Part shown: piece by piece, positions 9,807-17,437 of the stretch
Layout of the letters: each line of letters starts with the position of its first letter
Position numbering within the stretch: position 1 is the stretch's first letter
Assembly (NCBI GenBank): GCA_003695435.1
Contig: RFJL01000011.1
Location: 1 to 43,594, forward strand
Source: Candidatus Woesearchaeota archaeon
GTDB taxonomy: Archaea; Nanobdellota; Nanobdellia; Woesearchaeales; UBA11576
Direction of reading: 5' to 3'
DNA length: 43,594 nucleotides
Notes under the pieces: model-generated
What the model saw: the letters and a program-made list of their open reading frames with translations, nothing else
Told to the model about the DNA's origin: nothing
Databases searched by the model: none
Translations under genes and position numbers: made by a program

Positions 9807-9935
9807 TTAGAATGGATCCTCTCCTGTAATAACTCCTTTTTCTTCGTATTGTTCAAGGCCCAGTATTTCATGATCCCACTCAGCAAAGAGTCTTTCCTTT
9901 TCGTAGTGTTCAGTTTTTTTATATCTCCACGTCAT
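9807..9935 (-). CDS. micro-ORF B (42 aa), hypothetical
   Basis: Below the ORF-track size cutoff. MTWRYKKTEHYEKERLFAEWDHEILGLEQYEEKGVITGEDPF. Preceded by GAGGTGA 6 nt upstream of the ATG. Overlaps micro-ORF A by 17 nt. Confidence 0.4.
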   Translation of the reverse strand: MTWRYKKTEHYEKERLFAEWDHEILGLEQYEEKGVITGEDPF

Positions 9936-10086
9936 AAAGCTCACCTCTCGTCCAAGCATCTGAAAATTGAAAGTCAAAGAGTTTCATGCGATCCTCAGCT
10001 TGAGCTGTTTTCATTGTTTGATTCTGCACTTGGTAGTAAAAGAGTTTTTCAATGGTCGTTGTTCTTAAGTCACGTGGGTCAATCAT
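9919..10086 (-). CDS. micro-ORF A (55 aa), hypothetical
   Basis: MIDPRDLRTTTIEKLFYYQVQNQTMKTAQAEDRMKLFDFQFSDAWTRGELYDVEI. Strong SD GAGGTGAT 4-5 nt upstream of the ATG at 10086. The opposite-strand 159-aa ORF (9804-10283) has an implausible F/S-rich composition. Confidence 0.4.
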   Translation of the reverse strand: MIDPRDLRTTTIEKLFYYQVQNQTMKTAQAEDRMKLFDFQFSDAWTRGELYDVEI

Positions 10087-10127
10087 GGTATCACCTCAGA
10101 TACTTTTTTAGGGGGGGTCAAAAGGTA

Positions 10128-10166
10128 GGTGGAGGCAAGGTTTTTCGGGGTCATGGCGCCTCCACC
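10128..10166 (-). promoter_or_regulatory. 9-bp hairpin in the putative 5' leader of micro-ORF A
   Basis: GGTGGAGGC (10128-10136) and GCCTCCACC (10158-10166) are perfect complements separated by 21 nt. Lies between a TATTTAAA box (minus strand, about 10190-10197) and the SD/ATG of micro-ORF A. Confidence 0.35.
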
Positions 10167-10217
10167 GCTTTCTACTCTCGAAAATGCCAGAACTGTTTAA
10201 ATACCTCATTCGAGTAT

Positions 10218-10299
10218 CTGTCCAGTGTCCAGTGGACGCAAAAAAAGAAGAATCAAATACTACGACAGCAAATACGTGCATAACAAGGACTGGACAGGG
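10218..10299. promoter_or_regulatory. candidate origin-recognition-box (ORB)-like repeats next to orc1/cdc6
   Basis: CTGTCCAGTGTCCAGTGGACG (10218-10238) holds two overlapping TGTCCAGTG units including TCCAGTGGA. An inverted copy ACTGGACAG lies at 10289-10297. They flank a roughly 50-bp A-rich spacer, immediately 3' of the orc1/cdc6 stop codon. Confidence 0.35.
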
Positions 10300-10317
10300 T
10301 GAAAAATAGTCGTACAT

Positions 10318-11397
10318 TTATTTAAAACCGCCAAATTCGCTGAGTTTTTTTGTTTTAGCAATTTCAATAATCGTAGTATTTCCATCCTTTCCGGTAACGC
10401 GTTTTGTGTCAATAAAGCGATTATCCGCAAGCTTTCGTATGCGACGCTGAAATGTCTTATACGTTACCGTTGCACCTGTTTGTTTATACTTTTCATACAA
10501 ATCACCAATGCGAGATCCATCGTGCGCCTTAATAATTTCTAAAATACGCTGAGCATCATCTTCAAGATCTTCTTGATCCTTAATGGTGAAATGATCCATC
10601 TTCGCAAGCGCTTGTTTGACATGATCTGAAGTGATTTTTTTAGAAGAACTCATCTCAGCATGCTGTCCTGCTTCTTTAAGCAAGTAAAGACCTGCACGAA
10701 TATCCTGAAAACGAGATGCCTCCTCACATGCAAGGGCAAAGGCTTGTGCATCCCACGCACCTTTAACAAAGGCATATTCGCTTCGTTGTTTGAGAATTTC
10801 TTTGGTTTCTTGAGCAGAGTAAGGCCGAAACGCGACTTTTTCAGGAAGAACTCTTGAACGCACGCGCGGTTCAAGCTCATCAACCCAATCCTCGTGATTC
10901 GTAATAAGAATAATTGTTTTTTTGAAAATCTCTTCCACAAGCGTGTAGAGGAACTCAGTATCCTCAACTTTGTCAATTTCATCAAACACAAAAACAGCAG
11001 ATTTCTTATTAACAATGTTCTTAATCACGTTGAATAGTTCATCACTTCGCTTATTGTGCGTGAGTTTGTATCCAAGTTGCTCACAGATATCAACATAAAT
11101 TTTGAACGTAGTATTTTTAGTCCAGCAATTAATGTAAATACACTCTACTTCATCATACTCTTCTTCTAATTCTTTGAGAACCATACGCGCAGCTGCAGTT
11201 TTACCAATTCCTGGAGCTCCATGGATGAGGAGGTTCTTTCCAGTACGGCCCTGAAGGAGCGGAGCAATGCACTGAGCAATGTAGTGTTGTTCACTCTCCC
11301 GAAAAGGAAGGAGTTTTGGCAAAAAAGAATAATCAAGCGCCAACTCGTTCAAGAACACAGATTCTCCGCTTCCAAGCATGTCTTTAAAGAGTCCCAT
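10318..11397 (-). CDS. cdc6: Orc1/Cdc6 replication initiator
   Basis: LPFRESEQ, Walker A GAPGIGKT, Walker B VFVFDEID, and a C-terminal winged helix (TYKTFQRRIRKLADNRFIDTKRV). ATG at 11397 is preferred, with TATA CTTATAAAC about 21 nt upstream. Confidence 0.93.
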   Translation of the reverse strand: MGLFKDMLGSGESVFLNELALDYSFLPKLLPFRESEQHYIAQCIAPLLQGRTGKNLLIHGAPGIGKTAAARMVLKELEEEYDEVECIYINCWTKNTTFKIYVDICEQLGYKLTHNKRSDELFNVIKNIVNKKSAVFVFDEIDKVEDTEFLYTLVEEIFKKTIILITNHEDWVDELEPRVRSRVLPEKVAFRPYSAQETKEILKQRSEYAFVKGAWDAQAFALACEEASRFQDIRAGLYLLKEAGQHAEMSSSKKITSDHVKQALAKMDHFTIKDQEDLEDDAQRILEIIKAHDGSRIGDLYEKYKQTGATVTYKTFQRRIRKLADNRFIDTKRVTGKDGNTTIIEIAKTKKLSEFGGFK

Positions 11398-11459
11398 GGC
11401 ACATCTAATCACTGCGTTGTTTATAAGAATTGCTTGTTGCAAGGCAAAGCGTTTTCAAA

Positions 11460-11741
11460 TTATTTATGCTTTTTCCCACACTTTGGACAATAATTAAAAA
11501 GTGCGTGTAGGGTAACTCCGCAACTATCACAACGAAGAACATGTGATCCCGACAGAATATGCTCTCGCACACTTTCCTTGCTCTGTAATAGAGAAAATAA
11601 CCACTTAAGAAGTCCCCATAAAAACATAAGAATACCTGCATACAAAAAGACGATAAGTTCTACCGGATTTACGAAATACGAGATAAGTGTAACGATACCT
11701 CCAATAATCATGTAAATAAACCAGGGAATACTTGAAGCCAT
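11460..11741 (-). CDS. small membrane protein with C-terminal zinc ribbon
   Basis: Two hydrophobic helices followed by CDSCG...CPKCG (CxxC...CxxC). Starts 5 nt after the serS stop, same strand. Confidence 0.55.
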   Translation of the reverse strand: MASSIPWFIYMIIGGIVTLISYFVNPVELIVFLYAGILMFLWGLLKWLFSLLQSKESVREHILSGSHVLRCDSCGVTLHALFNYCPKCGKKHK

Positions 11742-11746
11742 AATAA

Positions 11747-13018
11747 TTAGCGTTTAATACGTTCAATGCCGTTCATATAGGGCACTAGTACCTGTGGGAT
11801 GAGAACGCTACCATCTTCTTGTTGGTAGTGCTCAAGAATGGCAACCATTGCGCGTGAAGTGGCGATTCCCGTGCAATTAAGCGTGTGTGCAAGGGGCTGT
11901 TTTGGTTTTCCAGGCTCTCCATAGCGAATATTAAGTCTTCGCGCCTGATAATCTGTGCAGTTTGAACCGGATACTACTTCAATATATTTTTGCTGCCTGG
12001 GGCTCCACACTTCAATATCGTATTTCTTAGCAGCAACTGTTCCAAGATCTCCGGTGCAAATATTCACAACGCGATAAGGCAATCCCAGTCCTTGAAAAAT
12101 TTCCTCTGCGTTACGTATCATCTCTTCATGAAGATCCCAACTCTCCTCAGGCTTGCAAATAACTACTTGTTCAACCTTGGTGAATTGGTGAACACGAAAA
12201 AGGCCCTTCGTATCAAGACCTGATGACCCAATTTCCTTTCTAAAACAATGAGAAAGTCCAACTATTTTAAGAGGAAGCATATCTTGGGGAAGAACTTCAT
12301 CCATGAATTGCGCGGTAAGAGGGTGTTCAGAAGTTGCAATAAGATATTCATCTTCTTCTTCCACCTTATACATTACATTCTCAAAATCTGAAAGATCCGT
12401 AACCCCTGCGTAAGGCTTTTTACGCATCATAAACGGAACTTCATAAAAGAGGTACCCTTTCTTCATAAGCGTGTCTCGTGCATAGGCGATGAGGGCTTGA
12501 TTAAGTAGGGCAAGTTCGTTCTTAAGAAAATAAAAACCCGCACCTGAAATCTTCACTGCGCGATCAAAGTCAACAAGATCAAGTGCCTCTGCAACATCAA
12601 TATGATTTTTCACGTCCGTAGTTTTTCTCTCACCCCATGAACGCACCTCTACATTATCAGAGTCATCCTTGCCATAGGGAACGGTTTCATGGGTGATGTT
12701 CGGAAGAGTCATGAGAATTTCTTGAATGCGAGAATGCGTTCTCTCAACTTCATCTTCTAAAAGTTTAATCTGCTGAGGAATTGCCTTTGACTCTTCAAGA
12801 AGTGAAGAAACATCCTTTCCTGCTTTCTTAGCAGCAGCAATCTCCTTGCTCAGTGAATTACGCTTGGAGCGAAGAGCATCAAGTTCTTGTTTGCTCTTCC
12901 TCCACTCCTCGTCAAGTCGTAAAAGCTCATCAACAAGGACGATTTTTTCATCCTTGCGCTTTTCAAGATCTTGACGCACAATTTCAGGATGTTCTCTGAT
13001 GAGATTAATATCAAGCAT
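11747..13018 (-). CDS. serS: seryl-tRNA synthetase
   Basis: N-terminal coiled-coil arm and class II motifs (FRKEIGS..GLFRVHQFTKVE; GSNCTDYQARR; TLNCTGIATSRAMVAILE). 423 aa. Confidence 0.95.
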   Translation of the reverse strand: MLDINLIREHPEIVRQDLEKRKDEKIVLVDELLRLDEEWRKSKQELDALRSKRNSLSKEIAAAKKAGKDVSSLLEESKAIPQQIKLLEDEVERTHSRIQEILMTLPNITHETVPYGKDDSDNVEVRSWGERKTTDVKNHIDVAEALDLVDFDRAVKISGAGFYFLKNELALLNQALIAYARDTLMKKGYLFYEVPFMMRKKPYAGVTDLSDFENVMYKVEEEDEYLIATSEHPLTAQFMDEVLPQDMLPLKIVGLSHCFRKEIGSSGLDTKGLFRVHQFTKVEQVVICKPEESWDLHEEMIRNAEEIFQGLGLPYRVVNICTGDLGTVAAKKYDIEVWSPRQQKYIEVVSGSNCTDYQARRLNIRYGEPGKPKQPLAHTLNCTGIATSRAMVAILEHYQQEDGSVLIPQVLVPYMNGIERIKR

Positions 13019-13060
13019 GTTGTGTTCCTACAAAGACTCTTTTATAAAGGCTCTGTTGCG

Positions 13061-15049
13061 CTATTTAAAAAGCTCTTTGAGCCAAATCTCCATTCTTTGC
13101 CACAAGGTCACATCAACAAGAGAGATGGAAAATGTTTCTTTGGAGGAATAGGAATTCCCCTTGTAGTCCTCATATACCAGAGTGATGGTTCCGGTGTTTC
13201 TTCCAACATTAAGAAGATCCCCTCTGAAACCTAATTGTACCACCTGCTTTGAATCAACATCGCCCAGAACGAATTCCTCAGAGCTTCTCCCTAACTCGAC
13301 ACGTACCGTTGTGTTGTGCAATCCTGACTGAGACGTTGGCTCAACAATAAATTGGAGAATCTCGCTCTCTTCATAATGTATTGTTGACGAGAGGTTATCA
13401 ATAAGAATTCTTGCTGAAGGCTTGTCAAGAATCTGCAATTCAATAAGGTATAATTGATCAAGAGTTCTGTGCTTTAAGGAGAGTGGCAGTTGATGAAATC
13501 CTTCTTCAAAAGTTCCCAAATTAAATTCAACAACACTTTCCTGATTAAGGAAAAGATCAACACGCTTGCAAACATCCTCAAGACACACAAGCAAGTCATC
13601 AAGAATGCTTGTACCTCTATTCTTAAGTCTGCACTCGTAGACCACATTGTCTTGCGCGTAGTAATGTTGTTGAATTGAAGAGCATTGCACATCAACAGCA
13701 CTTTCTTCTTGGTTGTTTTCTTGAACGTGGGCAAGTGTTTGTAAATCTGCAACATCAAGGATACTCTCGCCCTTTGAAATAACAAAGGAATCTTTTGCAT
13801 AGCCTCCCTGTGAGCTTTTCACTTCTACAGGAATAGTATACACGAAATGTTCATCAAGGTTTTGGGGCGCCTCAACGACCCAGGAAACTGTTTTTGTCTC
13901 AAAAGGAGCCAAAAAAAGGGTTTGGGTGGAATCTTCAACATACTCAATGGTATTCACAGGTGTTAAGATAACTGTTGGTGAGATGTAGCTATCAAGAAGA
14001 TTGGTAACATGCACTTGAATAAGATTTGCACTTCCAAAACCAATGGAGTGATCATACACATCAAGATCAAGAGCTATTTTATCCTTTTGCACGCCCTTGT
14101 AGTCAATGAGTTGAGCGTCAATAATGATGGGCTTAGCAACACCTACAACATCGCGACCTAGCCAGGTAAAAACAGTAGCACTCTGAGCACTATCTATGCT
14201 CTCTTTAAGTTTAATGTGGGTAGGATCTACAAATCCATACTCTCCGTAGGTTACATCCCAAGCAACCCATCCAACAGAAGGAAAATACACCTCTGCCCAG
14301 CCATGTGCTCCCCAATCATTTTCAAAAAGCTCAGAGTCCGAATAGACAACACCTGAAATAAACTTTGCAGGGATTCCAAGGGTGCGTAGCTGTGCAATGA
14401 ACAAGGAGGTGAGCTCATCACAAACGCCTTGTCGGTTTTCAAGAACCCAGCTCGCAGGCTGCGAAACCTCTGCGGTGAGCGTGGAGAGGTTATACTCAAT
14501 GTTCTTGTTTGTCCAAGAAGCAATAGTATACACCACATCGTATAAATCATTTTTCCCCTGCACAAGTTGAGATGCGAGTCGGATAATTTTTTCATCGTCG
14601 CTATTGATGTGTTCAGAAGGTTTGGTGTAGGGGAGAACATCAGAAGGAAGAGATGCTAGAGGGTAGGCAATTTTGCGAGTGATAGGGAGGTAATGGGGAT
14701 GCGAGATTACGCGAGCATCAATACTAAAATCAAGATCTCCTGGCTCGGGATTATCCCAAAAAAAGGCGAACTTGCCTGTTGTAGAAACGGGATCTGGTTG
14801 GGTTTTAAGAGAGATAACGTCTTGGGAGTAATAGTCCTGAGGGCTAAAAAGCACATCTGCTTGCACGTAATCTATACTCCCACTACTTTTTTGCAAAGAG
14901 AGTTGCACTCCGGATTCAATGTGTACTTGCACTTCAACTTGCTCTGCGGTGTATTGCCAGAAATTATCGCTATCTAACTCTTGGGCGGGGAGAAGTGGAA
15001 GCATAAGCAGTGCGAGAAAAGTAAAGGTGGAGAGTAAACGATGGTTCAT
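13061..15049 (-). CDS. secreted transglutaminase-like cysteine protease-fold protein with C-terminal beta-rich repeats
   Basis: Signal peptide MNHRLLSTFTFLALLMLPLLPAQ. Transglutaminase core Cys/His/Asp context: GVCDELTSLFIAQLRTLGIPAKFISG ... HGWAEVYF ... WVAWDVT. 662 aa. Confidence 0.8.
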   Translation of the reverse strand: MNHRLLSTFTFLALLMLPLLPAQELDSDNFWQYTAEQVEVQVHIESGVQLSLQKSSGSIDYVQADVLFSPQDYYSQDVISLKTQPDPVSTTGKFAFFWDNPEPGDLDFSIDARVISHPHYLPITRKIAYPLASLPSDVLPYTKPSEHINSDDEKIIRLASQLVQGKNDLYDVVYTIASWTNKNIEYNLSTLTAEVSQPASWVLENRQGVCDELTSLFIAQLRTLGIPAKFISGVVYSDSELFENDWGAHGWAEVYFPSVGWVAWDVTYGEYGFVDPTHIKLKESIDSAQSATVFTWLGRDVVGVAKPIIIDAQLIDYKGVQKDKIALDLDVYDHSIGFGSANLIQVHVTNLLDSYISPTVILTPVNTIEYVEDSTQTLFLAPFETKTVSWVVEAPQNLDEHFVYTIPVEVKSSQGGYAKDSFVISKGESILDVADLQTLAHVQENNQEESAVDVQCSSIQQHYYAQDNVVYECRLKNRGTSILDDLLVCLEDVCKRVDLFLNQESVVEFNLGTFEEGFHQLPLSLKHRTLDQLYLIELQILDKPSARILIDNLSSTIHYEESEILQFIVEPTSQSGLHNTTVRVELGRSSEEFVLGDVDSKQVVQLGFRGDLLNVGRNTGTITLVYEDYKGNSYSSKETFSISLVDVTLWQRMEIWLKELFK

Positions 15050-15114
15050 CGTTTTTGAGGGGGTGCGCGCCTATTAAAAACGTATTCCTTCAAATCCACC
15101 ACTCAAGTGAAAAA

Positions 15115-15230
15115 CGCCGAGGGGGGGATTTGAACCCCCGTGTCCTAGGGACACAGGATCATTGCGAGGTGATCTGAAGAACTCAGCGTTCTTAGCAATC
15201 CTGCGCAATACCAGACTATGCGACCTCGGC
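15115..15230 (-). tRNA. tRNA-Ser (GCU) with a 33-nt canonical intron after position 37
   Basis: Hand fold: acceptor GCCGAGG/CCTCGGC, anticodon stem CAGGA/TCCTG, loop TTGCTA[intron AGAACGCTGAGTTCTTCAGATCACCTCGCAATG]A, long variable arm TGTCCCTAGGACAC, T arm GGGGG-TTCAAAT-CCCCC, discriminator G, then TTTTT. No encoded CCA. Confidence 0.85.
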
Positions 15231-15260
15231 AAAGCTTGAAGTAGAACTGCTCCCAGTTCA

Positions 15261-15268
15261 TTTATAAA
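15261..15268 (-). promoter_or_regulatory. TATA box for tRNA-Ser
   Basis: TTTATAAATG (minus strand) followed by exactly 28 nt before the mature 5' end. The divergent tRNA-iMet has the same geometry. Confidence 0.6.
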
Positions 15269-15285
15269 GGTTCTGCCAGCGAAGA

Positions 15286-15293
15286 TTTATAAA
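15286..15293 (+). promoter_or_regulatory. TATA box for initiator tRNA-Met
   Basis: TTTATAAATG followed by exactly 28 nt before tRNA position 1. Confidence 0.6.
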
Positions 15294-15323
15294 TGACCTC
15301 TAAGCTTATCAACAAATAACCAT

Positions 15324-15398
15324 AGCGAGGTGGAGCAGCTAGGAGTGCTCGGTGGGCTCATAACCCACAGGTCGGTGGTTCAAATCCACTCCTCGCTA
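15324..15398 (+). tRNA. initiator tRNA-Met (CAU)
   Basis: AGCGAGG acceptor with an A1:U72 pair. Anticodon stem ends in GGG/CCC around loop CTCATAA. T arm GGTGG-TTCAAAT-CCACT. 75 nt, no encoded CCA, followed by a T-run. These features are typical of archaeal initiators. Confidence 0.88.
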
Positions 15399-15431
15399 CT
15401 TTTTTATCATCAGCTCAGCATTCTTAGAATC

Positions 15432-16385
15432 ATGCCAAAACCATTTCCCCAGCTCAAACATAAAGCAATTCTTGCGCCAATGTCTGGTGTCACTCACGTG
15501 GCATTTAGACAGCTTTGCAAAGAATACGGAGCAGCACTTACTGTAACGGAGTTCCTCAGCGCAACCGCGATAAACCATAAAAACAAGCTTACAAGAAAAA
15601 TGATGGCAGTAGCAGATAACGAAAGTCCTGTTGCCTGCCAATTGTTCGGGTCCAGCGTGGATGAAATTATTTGTGCTGCAAAGATTGTTGAGTCACACTT
15701 TGACATCATAGATATCAACGTTGGTTGCCCTGCGTATAAAGTAGTGCGAACAGGTGCAGGGTCAGCTCTTCTAAGCAATCCTGAAAAAATAGCTCAGATA
15801 GTAAGATCTCTTGTAAATGCGGTACGTATTCCAATCACTGTTAAAATACGAGCAGGCATTGCAAAGTCTTGCATCAACGCGGTTGAAGTTGCAAAAGCTT
15901 GTGAAGAAGCGGGAGCTTCCGCAATAACAGTTCATCCAAGAACTGCAAAACAAGGTTATTCTGGAGTTGCTGATTGGTCTATCATCAAACAAGTTAAAGA
16001 AGCAGTAAGCATCCCTGTCATTGGTAACGGAGATATCAAAACAGCACAAGATGCTCAACGTATGCTCAAAGAAACGGGTTGTGATTATGTCATGGTGGGA
16101 AGAGCAGCACGCGCAAACCCGTATATCTTCACACAAATAAACGCCCTTCTCGAAGAGGGAAAACATCTTCAAGCGCCAAGTTTTGAGGAGAAAATAGAAC
16201 TACTCTTCAACTATTTACGACACGCAAGAGAGCATGATATCAAGTTTTCAAACGTCCTTGCCGTAGCCCAAGCATTCACCAAAGGATATGAAGGAACTGC
16301 GCAGTTACGCAACGCTATGACTCAGTGTAAGTCAGAAGAAGAATTAACCGCTCTACTTGAACGCACTCTCAACTTGTCCAAGTAG
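15432..16385 (+). CDS. dus: tRNA-dihydrouridine synthase (Dus family)
   Basis: [22 protein letters not shown] and ITVHPRT motifs. The track ORF start at 15330 overlaps the tRNA, so the ATG at 15432 ([11 protein letters not shown]) is preferred. Confidence 0.9.
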   Translation: MPKPFPQLKHKAILAPMSGVTHVAFRQLCKEYGAALTVTEFLSATAINHKNKLTRKMMAVADNESPVACQLFGSSVDEIICAAKIVESHFDIIDINVGCPAYKVVRTGAGSALLSNPEKIAQIVRSLVNAVRIPITVKIRAGIAKSCINAVEVAKACEEAGASAITVHPRTAKQGYSGVADWSIIKQVKEAVSIPVIGNGDIKTAQDAQRMLKETGCDYVMVGRAARANPYIFTQINALLEEGKHLQAPSFEEKIELLFNYLRHAREHDIKFSNVLAVAQAFTKGYEGTAQLRNAMTQCKSEEELTALLERTLNLSK

Positions 16386-16655
16386 TGCATCACAGGTCTT
16401 ATGAACTGCTTTTGCAAGGTCAAAATCTTCATAGTGTGATTCGAAGATTTTCTTAGAAGGGATATCAAAGCGAAGACGTATTTCTTGCCTGTCCTGGTGG
16501 CCTCCCTTATCTACTTTACGAACGTGCACATGCAACGTACACTCGTTTTGTGCGATGCGAACAAGTTTGGGAAAGGTGTCTTCAATGATTTTTTTTACCA
16601 TCTGAGCATCGTCATCGATGAGAACGCCTAATCCGTCATATTGAATAGTTGTCAT
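16353..16655 (-). CDS. hypothetical protein, possible HPF/RaiA-like (ribosome hibernation factor) fold
   Basis: About 100 aa from the ATG at 16655. The beta-alpha-beta-beta-beta-alpha-like pattern and C-terminal ...[24 protein letters not shown] parallel bacterial HPF (..DMYAAIDGLIDKLARQLTKHK). By-eye similarity only. The 3' end overlaps the dus 3' end by 33 nt. Confidence 0.45.
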   Translation of the reverse strand: MTTIQYDGLGVLIDDDAQMVKKIIEDTFPKLVRIAQNECTLHVHVRKVDKGGHQDRQEIRLRFDIPSKKIFESHYEDFDLAKAVHKTCDALLGQVESAFK

Positions 16656-16731
16656 AAGAAGCGTTTTCGTTATAACATTCTTAAATCTTATGTACTGCAC
16701 CTTTATATAGTCCTAGGTATCGAGGTGTTTA

Positions 16732-17379
16732 ATGATTGTTGCAGGCGTTGATGAGGCTGGAAGAGGACCTGTCATCGGCCCCATGGTAATGGTAGGTCTT
16801 AAGTGTAGCGAAGAAGATGAAGAACGCTTGAGAAGAATGGGTGTTAAGGACTCAAAACTTCTTAGCCCTCTGCAAAGAGAACGGTTATATGAACAACTTA
16901 TTGAACATTTTGAATACGAGCTTATCATACTCACACCAAAAGAGATTGATGAAGCACTTGCACATCCCGATCTGAATCTTAACTGGCTTGAAGCTCTGAC
17001 CACCGCAAAACTTCTCAATCTATTAAACGCAGATAAGGCATACGTTGACTGCCCCTCTAACAATGTTGAGGCGTATACTGCCTATCTGAAAAAACACTTG
17101 GAAGTAAAGACGATCATCGTTTGTGAGCACGGGGCTGACAAAACGTATCCTGTTGCAAGCGCGGCTTCAATCATTGCGAAAGTAACGCGCGACAAAGCAA
17201 TAAGAGACGTTGAGAAAAGGATAGGGCAACGTGTGGGCTCAGGATATCCAAGTGATCCTGTAACCGTACAATTTCTTAAAGAAAATTGGAACAAGCATAA
17301 GGAAATATTTAGAACTTCCTGGGCAAGCTATAAGAATATTGCGCAAAAACACGCTCAGAAGGGGCTTGAAGACTTTTAG
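16732..17379 (+). CDS. rnhB: ribonuclease HII
   Basis: MIVAGVDEAGRGPVIGPMV (DEAGRG catalytic motif), DSK and SIIAK motifs. 215 aa. Confidence 0.9.
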   Translation: MIVAGVDEAGRGPVIGPMVMVGLKCSEEDEERLRRMGVKDSKLLSPLQRERLYEQLIEHFEYELIILTPKEIDEALAHPDLNLNWLEALTTAKLLNLLNADKAYVDCPSNNVEAYTAYLKKHLEVKTIIVCEHGADKTYPVASAASIIAKVTRDKAIRDVEKRIGQRVGSGYPSDPVTVQFLKENWNKHKEIFRTSWASYKNIAQKHAQKGLEDF

Positions 17380-17437
17380 ACCACCGACATATTTATAAAG
17401 CAGGTCGGCGAGTATTACGCTAAAAAAGGGGCGTACA

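Noticed and set aside
9804-10283. 159-aa plus-strand ORF spanning the islet
   Set aside because: It has an F/S/L-rich composition typical of antisense ORFs, and no start signal. The opposite strand carries two SD-preceded micro-ORFs and promoter elements.
15330-15431. N-terminal extension of the dus ORF
   Set aside because: It overlaps the initiator tRNA-Met gene (15324-15398). The ATG at 15432 gives the canonical Dus N-terminus.
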